Shown: positions 1-8,647 of the stretch, in pieces | Layout of the letters: each line of letters opens with the position of its first letter | How positions within the stretch are numbered: the stretch's first letter is position 1 | From: Thermoproteota archaeon | GTDB taxonomy: Archaea; Korarchaeota; Korarchaeia; Korarchaeales; Korarchaeaceae | Direction of reading: 5' to 3' | NCBI GenBank assembly: GCA_037917625.1 | Contig: JAVCBY010000107.1 | Coordinates: 1 to 32,612 of the forward strand | Length of the DNA stretch: 32,612 bases | Translations under genes and position numbers: made by a program | Notes under the pieces: generated by a model | What the model saw: only the letters and a program-made list of their open reading frames with translations | The model's database searches: none | What the model was told of the DNA's origin: nothing

Positions 1-1
1 C

Positions 2-157
2 CTATATTATGAGAAGCCCATATCATTCGGTATATCCGGGCCAGGGATATACTGGAGCGAGGATCTCTCTAACTTAGGCGCTGAGGAGTATGCTAAGATG
101 TCCCTGGAGGCCGTTCTGAATAACTTGAATTTATTGAGGGAGTTGAGGGAAGGATGA
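2..157 (+). CDS. ribH: 3' end of probable 6,7-dimethyl-8-ribityllumazine synthase (truncated by window edge)
   Basis: Not in the ORF track. Frame 2 reads LYYEKPISFGISGPGIYWSEDLSNLGAEEYAKMSLEAVLNNLNLLRELREG*, resembling the archaeal lumazine synthase C-terminus (KPVxLGISGPG...EEYAxxAVEA). Its stop overlaps the next start (ATGA at 154-157). Confidence 0.6.
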   Translation, partial: LYYEKPISFGISGPGIYWSEDLSNLGAEEYAKMSLEAVLNNLNLLRELREG

Positions 158-888
158 AGCTATTCCCCTTCGGGGCTCTCCTCAATGATATACTGGTGAT
201 AGCGGATCTTCACTTAGGCTATGAGGATGCTCTAAGGAAGAGAGGAGTTGAGCTACCTTATGAACAATACGGCTGGGTGAAGAGGGAAATAATGAGTTAC
301 ATCGAGGAATATAGCCCTGAGATCCTCATCTTAAATGGTGATGTGAAGCACGAGTTAAGCGGGGTCCTGAGTCAGGAGTGGAGAGAGGTAATAGATCTCT
401 TGAGGACTCTGAAGGATCTAGTCAAGGTCGAGGTAGTGAGGGGGAATCATGATAACTTTTTAATCCCTATATTGAAGAGGGAGGGCGTAGAGATAAGGGG
501 TCCCTATCTGAAGATTCGGGGGCTCCTCATAACGCACGGTCACTTGGACATCCCCATGCCTGATGACGTTGAGTCGATCGTGATGGGGCATGAGCATCCA
601 GCTATAACGATGAGAGACGAGATAGGAGCATCGCATAAGTTCAAGGTCTTCATGGAAGGAGAGTATATGGGATTTAAATTGCTCGTAATTCCAGCTATCT
701 CGCCGCTAGCACCTGGAACGGATTTGCTCAGCGTCAGCAGGAGGGACTTACTATCGCCGATCTTGAGGAAAGCTGATATAAATAATTTCAACATAAGAGT
801 AGTTGATAAGGAGATAGGAGTCGAGAATCTCGGCCCCCTTCATGCTATAAGGAGGGCAGCTAGGTTGATCTCAGATTCCATTTCGTGA
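154..888 (+). CDS. Calcineurin-like metallophosphoesterase (Lhr/ligase-associated MPE/PdeM-like family)
   Basis: Motifs IADLH, NGDVKH, GNHD, THGH and GHEHP, plus a later PAISP segment typical of this subfamily. Confidence 0.85.
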   Translation: MKLFPFGALLNDILVIADLHLGYEDALRKRGVELPYEQYGWVKREIMSYIEEYSPEILILNGDVKHELSGVLSQEWREVIDLLRTLKDLVKVEVVRGNHDNFLIPILKREGVEIRGPYLKIRGLLITHGHLDIPMPDDVESIVMGHEHPAITMRDEIGASHKFKVFMEGEYMGFKLLVIPAISPLAPGTDLLSVSRRDLLSPILRKADINNFNIRVVDKEIGVENLGPLHAIRRAARLISDSIS

Positions 889-927
889 GGCTTTTATTGA
901 GCTGAGATGCCTTACTTATGAGGGGCA

Positions 928-1422
928 ATGAAGTGCGCAGTTTTCGATATAGATAACACGCTATTCGATGCTAGGAGGAGGTTTCATTTCGCTATTTCAG
1001 GTTTCAACGTCAACTCCCCAAAGGAGCTACCTTTCGAGTTGCAGAGGCAGTTCTGGAGGAGGTTCCTCGATCCCGAATTATTCAGCCTCGATATTCCGAT
1101 AAGCAGGAGTATAGAGATGATCTTAGATGCTAAGAGAAGGGGTCTCAGGGTAGTACTGATAACGGGGAGGTACGAGAGCCTCAGGAGGGATACAGAGCTA
1201 CAATTAATGCAAGCCGGCATACCCTACGATGAGTTAATAATGAGGCCTGATGGCAACTTCCAGAGGGATAAGGAGCTGAAGCCATCCCTCCTCAAGGGTC
1301 TGAATTGCGAGATAGTTGAATATCATGACGACGATCTGGAGACGCTACTGGAGGTTAGGAAGATATCCCCTAATTCATTACTATTCCTCCATAGGCCCGA
1401 TGGAAGCTTCGAAATAATTTGA
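928..1422 (+). CDS. HAD-superfamily phosphatase resembling the polynucleotide kinase-phosphatase 3'-phosphatase domain
   Basis: Motif I FDIDNTL, motif II ITGR, a YDELIMRP...D..LK segment and acidic motif IV HDDD. Confidence 0.75.
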   Translation: MKCAVFDIDNTLFDARRRFHFAISGFNVNSPKELPFELQRQFWRRFLDPELFSLDIPISRSIEMILDAKRRGLRVVLITGRYESLRRDTELQLMQAGIPYDELIMRPDGNFQRDKELKPSLLKGLNCEIVEYHDDDLETLLEVRKISPNSLLFLHRPDGSFEII

Positions 1423-3156
1423 GAAGTGAGCCCTGGAGAAATGATCCAGAGCTTCCCTCACGTATCCCTCCCTCAACAAGCCATGAGGCGATTCTACCTC
1501 AAATATCCTCCTCGGAACCCTCAACTTACTTAGATCGAACCCCATCATCTTCTTAAGCTCCAGTTTCTCCCTATAAATTCTCCTTCCTAGTTCCTTCAGC
1601 TCATCTTCACTCATCTCGATTCCGAGGGGCTCCAGAGCTCTCACCACAACGTTAGGCTTATATATCCCCCTGACGAAGAGGCAGAGGACGAGTGATGTGA
1701 GTACCTGCCTCCAAGACTCCTCATCAACTAGTTCATCGACAAGCCTCTTAGGATCAGGATAATCCTTCCCTAAGTACCTCTGATCCAGTGAGTAGCCAGC
1801 GTTATCGAGATGGCTGTGCCTCAGACCTATTAAGTAGCCTATATGCGCTCCCGGACCCGTGTGATAACCCGGCATCTCATTTCCACCGAAAGTGAGGGAG
1901 AATTCCAACCCACCATAACTTCTAGCAGCTTCCTCAGTTCCTCTCGCTAACCTCTCATAGAACTCATTAGGTTGCTCAACTATGAACTCTAGCATCTTCA
2001 AATAGACCTCCCAATTCCCCCAATCAGGCTCTAAAATAGTCTCCTCCTTCCCGATGATCCCCCTCTTGAAAGCTTCAGTAACCCAAGCCAATGCAACTCC
2101 TGAGCTTATCGCGTCCAAGCCTAAGATATCGGTCTCCTCTATCAACCTCAGGAGGCCGTCCATATCACTGACCCCTAACATGCTCCCAAGGGCATATATA
2201 GGTTCATAATCATATCCTATATACCTGATAGTATAAAAATATTTTTCTTTTGGATGCCTCTCTCTTATGAAAGCTATATGTATACAAGCTATCGGGCAGT
2301 GGGCACAAGCTATCCTCCTAGCTAAGGACCTCTCAGCGAAACTCTCCCCGCTTATGCTCTCAGCTCCCTCGAATCTAGCGGAGGATAAGTTCCTAGTCGG
2401 GAGTCCCCCAATTTCATTCAATGGTAAGACGTTCTCAGCAGTCCCTAGATCATGATACTTCCTAGTAGCCTCACTTCTCGAGCACTCCTCGAATATCTCC
2501 CCATATATAGCTCTGTACTTCTTAATATCCTTGACTTCAACGCTACTCCTACCTCCTAAGACTATCGCTTTCAGTTTCTTCGATCCCCAGACAGCACCAA
2601 GCCCGAGCCTTCCAAAATGCCTGTAAGTCTCCAATATCACAGAAGCATACCTCACCATCCTCTCTCCAGCTCTCCCTATCCTCATTATGCTCCTCAGACC
2701 GGGCCAAGGTTCCCTCTCCCTCAACACCTTCCCTATCGTCAGAGAGCTCCTTACTCCCCAAAGGGAGCTCGCGTCCTTGAACTCAACTTTCCCATCATGT
2801 ATCGATAGATAGATCGGGGTCCTGCTAGCTCCCTTGATCACTATAGCCCCGAAACCTGACATCCTCAACGAGATCGCTGCCCTACCTCCGGCGTGAGATT
2901 CCCCTAAGTTTCCAGTGAGAGGGGATTTGAACATCGCTACTAACTTAGATGCAGCTGGGTATATCCCAGTGAGAACTCCTATAGCCATTACTATGACGTT
3001 CCCAGGGGATAGAGGATCAACCTTCGGATCTATTTCCTCCTTTAATAGCTGAACAGCCACTCCAGTCCCGCCTAAATATTCAGAGAATAGGTCGTCCCTC
3101 TTCCTCACGTAATGCTTCCTATTCGTCAGATCTATGTAAAGCACATCCTCCAGCAT
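1381..3156 (-). CDS. Tungsten-dependent aldehyde:ferredoxin oxidoreductase (AOR/WOR family), large subunit
   Basis: YLGGTG, KSPLTG, GRLGLGAVWGSKKLKAI, 4Fe-4S motif CAHCPIAC, DYEPIYALGS and DILGLDAIS; 591 aa. Confidence 0.92.
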   Translation of the reverse strand: MLEDVLYIDLTNRKHYVRKRDDLFSEYLGGTGVAVQLLKEEIDPKVDPLSPGNVIVMAIGVLTGIYPAASKLVAMFKSPLTGNLGESHAGGRAAISLRMSGFGAIVIKGASRTPIYLSIHDGKVEFKDASSLWGVRSSLTIGKVLREREPWPGLRSIMRIGRAGERMVRYASVILETYRHFGRLGLGAVWGSKKLKAIVLGGRSSVEVKDIKKYRAIYGEIFEECSRSEATRKYHDLGTAENVLPLNEIGGLPTRNLSSARFEGAESISGESFAERSLARRIACAHCPIACIHIAFIRERHPKEKYFYTIRYIGYDYEPIYALGSMLGVSDMDGLLRLIEETDILGLDAISSGVALAWVTEAFKRGIIGKEETILEPDWGNWEVYLKMLEFIVEQPNEFYERLARGTEEAARSYGGLEFSLTFGGNEMPGYHTGPGAHIGYLIGLRHSHLDNAGYSLDQRYLGKDYPDPKRLVDELVDEESWRQVLTSLVLCLFVRGIYKPNVVVRALEPLGIEMSEDELKELGRRIYREKLELKKMMGFDLSKLRVPRRIFEVESPHGLLREGYVREALDHFSRAHFSNYFEASIGPMEE

Positions 3157-3558
3157 TCAATCACCCAACCTGATCACATCATAGGGGCAGAAATCGACGC
3201 ATAAACCACAATGAGTGCATATTACTGGCTTATCATTCACCCCATCCCAGAAGATAGCTCCGAATGGGCAAGCTTTAACGCAGTATCCACAGCCTATGCA
3301 GAGTCTGGGATCTAATATAACTCCTCCCCCCTCCCTCAACCTGAGGGCTGATGTGGGGCATATCTTCATGCATGAGGGATCGCTGCAAGCCCTGCATACG
3401 ATGACAGTGAAGCCCCTCTCGACACCCCCAACGCTCCTCACTTGTATAGCTGAATAATTTAAGCCAGCGTCTCCAAATCTCCTAGAGCAAGCGAACATGC
3501 ATGACATACAGCCGACGCATATATCGGGGTCTGCGACTTCCAACCTCAGGGGAGTCAC
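3157..3558 (-). CDS. 4Fe-4S polyferredoxin, small subunit of the AOR-family enzyme
   Basis: Four Cys clusters (CVGCMSCMFAC, CRACSDPSCMKICP, CIGCGYCVKACP, CTHCGLCVDFCP). Abuts the large-subunit start; GTG start. Confidence 0.9.
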   Translation of the reverse strand: MTPLRLEVADPDICVGCMSCMFACSRRFGDAGLNYSAIQVRSVGGVERGFTVIVCRACSDPSCMKICPTSALRLREGGGVILDPRLCIGCGYCVKACPFGAIFWDGVNDKPVICTHCGLCVDFCPYDVIRLGD

Positions 3559-3743
3559 CTACTCATCAAGAGCTGCTCAATAAAGAATTTAAGCCCAGAA
3601 ATAGTAAAAATTATAATATGAGGCATAAATTTCATAAATTTTTAATACAAAATTCCGGATGTTAATATATGCTGGCTGAGAGTCCCATCGGAACCCCGAA
3701 GGTTTTATGATGCAAGTTAGATCGGCTCGAGAGGGGGAAGAAA

Positions 3744-6359
3744 GTGCTCGCGAGAGCAGTTAAGGAATATAGCAAGGAAGAGGTACTTGAAGTACTTCAT
3801 CCAGCTGTAGCTGAGTGGTTCGATTCAAATTTTCCATCCTTAAGCCCACCTCAGAGGTTAGCGATAGTACCGATAAGTGAAGGCAGGAACGTGCTCATCT
3901 CAAGCCCCACAGGTACTGGCAAAACTTTAACAGCATTCCTATCAATAATAAGTGAAATTATAAGGATGGGGGAGATGGGAGAGCTCGAGGATTCAGTTTA
4001 CGCGATATACGTCTCCCCATTGAGAGCACTGAACAATGACATCTACAGGAACCTAGAGGTCCCGTTGAGGGAGATAAGGGAGAGGAACCCGGGGATCCCA
4101 GAGATAAGGCATTCAGTCAGGACGGGGGATACTTCATCCTCTGAGAAATCCAAACAGTTGAGGAAACCTCCTCATATACTGATAACCACCCCTGAGACTC
4201 TCTCAATAGTATTAACAGCCCCTAGGTTCAGGGAGAAGCTGAAGAGCGTGAGATGGGTCATAGTGGATGAGATACATAGTTTAGTTGAGAACAAGAGGGG
4301 GAGTCACCTCTCACTATCTTTAGAGAGGCTCAGGCATCTGACCGGGAGGGACTTCGTTAGGATAGGGTTATCAGCAACGATAAACCCATTGGAGGAAGTA
4401 GCCCAATTCCTAGTCGGGTATGAGAATGGGAGGCCTAGGGATTGCGTTATAGTTGAGGTTAATTGGACTAAAGCCCTAGATTTAGCTCTTCTCTCCCCAG
4501 TGGACGATTTAGTTAATACTCCCAGTGATCTAGTATCATCTAAGATGTATGAACTAATTTCCGACCTCGTTAAGGAGCACAGAACGACTCTTATCTTCAC
4601 AAATACGAGAAGCGGAACTGAGAGAGTAGTCTTCCATCTCAAGAAGGTCATGGAGCCCTTTGAGATAGATGAGGCTATAGCAGCTCATCACAGCTCCCTA
4701 TCGAGGCAGGTGAGGGGGGATGTGGAGGAGAGGCTCAAGAGAGGGGAGTTGAGAGCTATAGTGAGTTCAACTAGCCTCGAATTGGGGATAGATATAGGTT
4801 ACATAGACTTAGTTGTGCAGATAGGGAGCCCGAAGTCGGTGACCAGGGCCTTGCAGAGGGTGGGGAGAGCTGGTCATAAGTTGCATGAGGTCTCGAAGGG
4901 GAGGTTCATAGTGGTCGATAGGGACGATGCTGTGGAAGTAGCTGTCACGCTTAGGGAAGCTATGAGGGGGAGATTGGATAAGGTCCACATACCGATGAAG
5001 CCATTGGATGTGCTCGCTCAACACATAGTGGGGATGGCTGTGGAGAGGAAGTGGGACGTTAGAGAGGCCTTCGACTTAGTTAGATCGGCATATCCGTTCA
5101 GAGATCTAAGTTGGGAGGAGTTCGAGTCCGTACTCAAGTACTTAGCTGGTGATTATGTCCAGCTGGAGAGCAGGAAGGTCTACGGGAAGATATGGTACGA
5201 TGCTGTCGAGGGGAAGTTCGGGAGGAGGGGTAAGTACGCGAGGGTCATATACACAGCTAACGTAGGCACGATACCTGATGAGGTCGATGCCAAAGTATAC
5301 ACGACTGATGGGAAGTTAGTCGGGAGCTTGGAGGAGGAGTTCCTAGAGAGGCTCCTACCTGGCGATAGGTTCGTCTTAGGAGGGAGAGTGTATGAGTTCG
5401 TCTCAGCTAGAGGGCTGAAAGTTAAGGTGAGGCCTGCATACGATCAGAAGCCTACCGTACCATCTTGGTTCTCAGAGATGCTTCCCTTGAGTTATGAGCT
5501 GGCTATTGAGATAGGGAAGTTCAGGGAGTTCTCATTCAGGATGTTGGAGAGGGGCGAGGATGAAGAGCTTATGAGGATGGTAATGGAGATGTCTAACGCT
5601 AATGAGAATGCGGCTAAAGCCATATACACCTATTTGAGGCAACAATATCTCTACCTGAAATCATTGGGCCTCAGAGTGGATGAAATGCCATCCAACAAAG
5701 TCATACTGATTGAAAGTTATGTGGATGACGCTGGTAGGACGCATCAAGTGACTCATTCCCTCTTCGGTAGGAGGGTGAATGACGCTCTCTCCAGGGCTCT
5801 AGCTTATCTAGCTGGAAGCAAGCTGAGGAGGAACCTCGGTATCTCAGTCATGGATACTGGTTTCTCAGTCATATACCCGAGGGGGACTGAGCCGGTCGCT
5901 AGCATAGATGAGCTCACTGAATACGATCTTAGGGAGCTCCTCAAGGGAGCTGTTGAGAAGACCGAGCTCCTGAGGAGGAGGTTCAGGCACGTGGCTGCTA
6001 GGGGCCTCATGATCCTGAGGAACTATAAGGGGTATGATATAAGCGTCAATAAGCAACAGATAAGCGCTCAGAATCTCCTGAGGGTAGTTAGCGAGATAGA
6101 AGGATTTCCCCTCCTCAAAGAGGCCTATAGGGAGATAATGGAGGATTATATGGATATTAGAGGAGCTCAAGAGGTTTTAAATGGGATAAAGAGTGGTGAG
6201 ATAAGGGTGGTGGATGTGGGGAGGCTCGAGGTACCCACACCCTTCGCTCAGGGCATAATACTCGAGGGTTTGAGCGATCTGATATTCATGGAGGATAAGA
6301 TGAGCGCTCTTAGGAGGTTTCAGAAAGAAATTGAGAAAATTTTAGGGGATAAAGATTAA
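3744..6359 (+). CDS. lhr: Lhr-family ATP-dependent SF2 helicase (Lhr-core size)
   Basis: Walker A SPTGTGKT, YVSPLRALNND, ILITTPE, DEIH, SAT, HHSSLS, LELGIDIG, QRVGRAGH and C-terminal PSWFSE; 871 aa. Confidence 0.93.
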   Translation: MLARAVKEYSKEEVLEVLHPAVAEWFDSNFPSLSPPQRLAIVPISEGRNVLISSPTGTGKTLTAFLSIISEIIRMGEMGELEDSVYAIYVSPLRALNNDIYRNLEVPLREIRERNPGIPEIRHSVRTGDTSSSEKSKQLRKPPHILITTPETLSIVLTAPRFREKLKSVRWVIVDEIHSLVENKRGSHLSLSLERLRHLTGRDFVRIGLSATINPLEEVAQFLVGYENGRPRDCVIVEVNWTKALDLALLSPVDDLVNTPSDLVSSKMYELISDLVKEHRTTLIFTNTRSGTERVVFHLKKVMEPFEIDEAIAAHHSSLSRQVRGDVEERLKRGELRAIVSSTSLELGIDIGYIDLVVQIGSPKSVTRALQRVGRAGHKLHEVSKGRFIVVDRDDAVEVAVTLREAMRGRLDKVHIPMKPLDVLAQHIVGMAVERKWDVREAFDLVRSAYPFRDLSWEEFESVLKYLAGDYVQLESRKVYGKIWYDAVEGKFGRRGKYARVIYTANVGTIPDEVDAKVYTTDGKLVGSLEEEFLERLLPGDRFVLGGRVYEFVSARGLKVKVRPAYDQKPTVPSWFSEMLPLSYELAIEIGKFREFSFRMLERGEDEELMRMVMEMSNANENAAKAIYTYLRQQYLYLKSLGLRVDEMPSNKVILIESYVDDAGRTHQVTHSLFGRRVNDALSRALAYLAGSKLRRNLGISVMDTGFSVIYPRGTEPVASIDELTEYDLRELLKGAVEKTELLRRRFRHVAARGLMILRNYKGYDISVNKQQISAQNLLRVVSEIEGFPLLKEAYREIMEDYMDIRGAQEVLNGIKSGEIRVVDVGRLEVPTPFAQGIILEGLSDLIFMEDKMSALRRFQKEIEKILGDKD

Positions 6360-6589
6360 AAAACTTCAAAGCTTATGGCTTCAACTGGACATGATTTTGC
6401 AGCCGTCTCGACGCAATCCTTAAGCTTATCATCCACCTCTCCGATCGAGATCTCATCGTTAGTCTCCGAGGAGAATTCAGGGACTATCCTGTTCTTCCCA
6501 TCCTCTAGGACGAAGACCTCGGAGCAGAGGGTCGGAGCTACACCGCAACCTATACAGAGGGATCTATCTACCTTAACCCTGAGGGGCAT
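6356..6589 (-). CDS. Small single-cluster ferredoxin (atypical Cys motif)
   Basis: VDRSLCIGCGVAPTLC...AAKSCPVEAI; 77 aa, acidic. Confidence 0.85.
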   Translation of the reverse strand: MPLRVKVDRSLCIGCGVAPTLCSEVFVLEDGKNRIVPEFSSETNDEISIGEVDDKLKDCVETAAKSCPVEAISFEVF

Positions 6590-6674
6590 ATCCCACTGTG
6601 AAGCAGCTCTTAATAAAGTTAACGGCGTTATATACGCTTTTTAATGTAGGGAGTCCACTTGAATCTAGAGAAGC

Positions 6675-8558
6675 ATGCTCATATGCCAGAGGGATTGTCC
6701 AGACACTTGCTCTCTCATAATAGAGGGAGATAGGCTCAAAGGAGATCCGAGACATCCTGTGACTCGGGGCTTCGCTTGTGAAAAGGCCAAGAACTTCATG
6801 AGGTATTACAGGGAGAGGAGGGTGCTCTATCCTCACTTGAGGGTAGGCGATGGATTCGAGAGGATCAGCTGGGAAGAGGCTCTCGACATTATCTCCGATA
6901 AGTTGAAATGTACCATCGAAACTTACGGCCCAGAGGAAGTCTTAGTTTACAATTACTCTGGTACCACGGGCCTGATAAACTATCACTATCCTCTCAGGCT
7001 CTTCAACGCGATAAAGGCTACTCTGGTCCATCATACTCTCTGCGATGAGGCAGGTGAGCTCGCATTGGAGCTCCACTTCGGATCCAAGTATGGGGCATTC
7101 CCTGAGGATATGGAGGAAGCGAAGCTCCTCGTCATCTGGGGTGCGGACCTATCATCCACGAGCATCCATGCATACAAGATAGCCGCTGACCTGAGAGCGA
7201 GGGGAGAGGTGTATGTCATAGATCCCAGAGTAACTAAGACCTCGCTGCTCGGTAAGCATCTGAGACCCAAGCCGGGCACGGATACGCTGCTAGCGGCTGG
7301 AGTCTCCTGGTACATAATAAATGAGTTCGGAGTTGATTTAGAATTCATAAGTAAATACACTGAGGGCTTCGACCATTATGCATCACTGATCTCGAAATAT
7401 AATCCGGATCTCGTTGAAAGAATAACGTCCGTCAGTAAGAAGGAGATAAGGGATCTAGCGGAGAGCTATTCAGAGCTGAAGCCTAGTGCGACTTACATAG
7501 GGAAGGGGGTCCAGAAGACCAAATATGGTGCTGAGGCCGTGAGGCTCATATCCTTAATTCCCGCATTAGTGGGAGTGCACAGGGGTTTCTTTTACTCTAA
7601 CTCCTGGAGGGATTTCGATATGGACTACTTAGAAGCCTCTCACCTGGGGAGCGGGAGGAAGGTAAATATGCTCGACGTCCCGCGCCTATTAGCTGATGGT
7701 AAATTCAAGTTTATATACATTTACAATTCGAATCCAGCGGTAACTCTTCCTAATGCTGCCCTCTTCAGGAAGGGGATGATGAGGGAAGACCTCTTCAAGG
7801 TTGTTCACGAAGTGGTATGGTCGGAGACCGCGAAGTTAGCTGATATCGTGCTCCCAGCGACGAGTATGCTGGAGCAAGATGACCTCGTAGCTAGTTGGTG
7901 GCATCAGTACTTCGGTCATAGTGAGAGGATAATGGAGCCCATGGGGGAAAGCAAACCAAATTGGTGGGTTACTAATGAGTTAGCTGAGAGAATGGGCCTT
8001 AAATGGCTCAAGGAAGATCCTATGGATGCTATGAGGAGAGCTCTCTCTAAGAGCAGGATGATAAAAAGTTTCGAGGAAATTTTAAATAAATCTTATGTAA
8101 AGTTAGAATACCCTCCAAAAGACTTATATCAAACACCGTCTGGGAAAATAGAATTTTATAGTAAGATGGCGAAGGAGCTCGGATACTCCCCCCTACCTTT
8201 AGTAGCTTGGGAGGAGGGAGATGGGGAGTACCCCTTCAGACTGATCACCAGCGCTGTCCCCGGGAATACCTCCTCTCAGGATCTGATAGATCATGCAGAT
8301 TTCATTCATATGAACGCTCTGGATTGTGAGAAGTTAGGGATAAAGGATGGAGGCAAAGTGATTTTGGAATCTAAGGATGGTAGAGTCATGGGAATAGTTA
8401 AGATAGATAATAGCGTGCCTGAAGGGATTATCTGGGCTAGAAGAAGCGCTATAATGCTCGACGATTTCATAAACGATCTCATAACTGATGAGAAGCAGTG
8501 GATAAATGGAGGAAACTGCTTGAATTCGACTAAGGTGAGAATCTTGAAGGTTCAATGA
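6675..8558 (+). CDS. Molybdopterin (bis-PGD, DMSO reductase superfamily) oxidoreductase, cytoplasmic, substrate unknown
   Basis: N-terminal CQRDCPDTC...C Fe-S motif, ISWEEALD, TLC putative metal ligand, SNPA, ETAKLADIVLPA, TPSGKIEF and a C-terminal molydop-binding domain. No twin-arginine signal. Confidence 0.88.
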   Translation: MLICQRDCPDTCSLIIEGDRLKGDPRHPVTRGFACEKAKNFMRYYRERRVLYPHLRVGDGFERISWEEALDIISDKLKCTIETYGPEEVLVYNYSGTTGLINYHYPLRLFNAIKATLVHHTLCDEAGELALELHFGSKYGAFPEDMEEAKLLVIWGADLSSTSIHAYKIAADLRARGEVYVIDPRVTKTSLLGKHLRPKPGTDTLLAAGVSWYIINEFGVDLEFISKYTEGFDHYASLISKYNPDLVERITSVSKKEIRDLAESYSELKPSATYIGKGVQKTKYGAEAVRLISLIPALVGVHRGFFYSNSWRDFDMDYLEASHLGSGRKVNMLDVPRLLADGKFKFIYIYNSNPAVTLPNAALFRKGMMREDLFKVVHEVVWSETAKLADIVLPATSMLEQDDLVASWWHQYFGHSERIMEPMGESKPNWWVTNELAERMGLKWLKEDPMDAMRRALSKSRMIKSFEEILNKSYVKLEYPPKDLYQTPSGKIEFYSKMAKELGYSPLPLVAWEEGDGEYPFRLITSAVPGNTSSQDLIDHADFIHMNALDCEKLGIKDGGKVILESKDGRVMGIVKIDNSVPEGIIWARRSAIMLDDFINDLITDEKQWINGGNCLNSTKVRILKVQ

Positions 8559-8647
8559 GCTAGATTGCTCCCCGAAGGTTTCATCTCGCGCCGGGGACGA
8601 GCTCTAAATATTTATACGTTGAGGGGGGAGCTAGAGGAGGTGAACTC

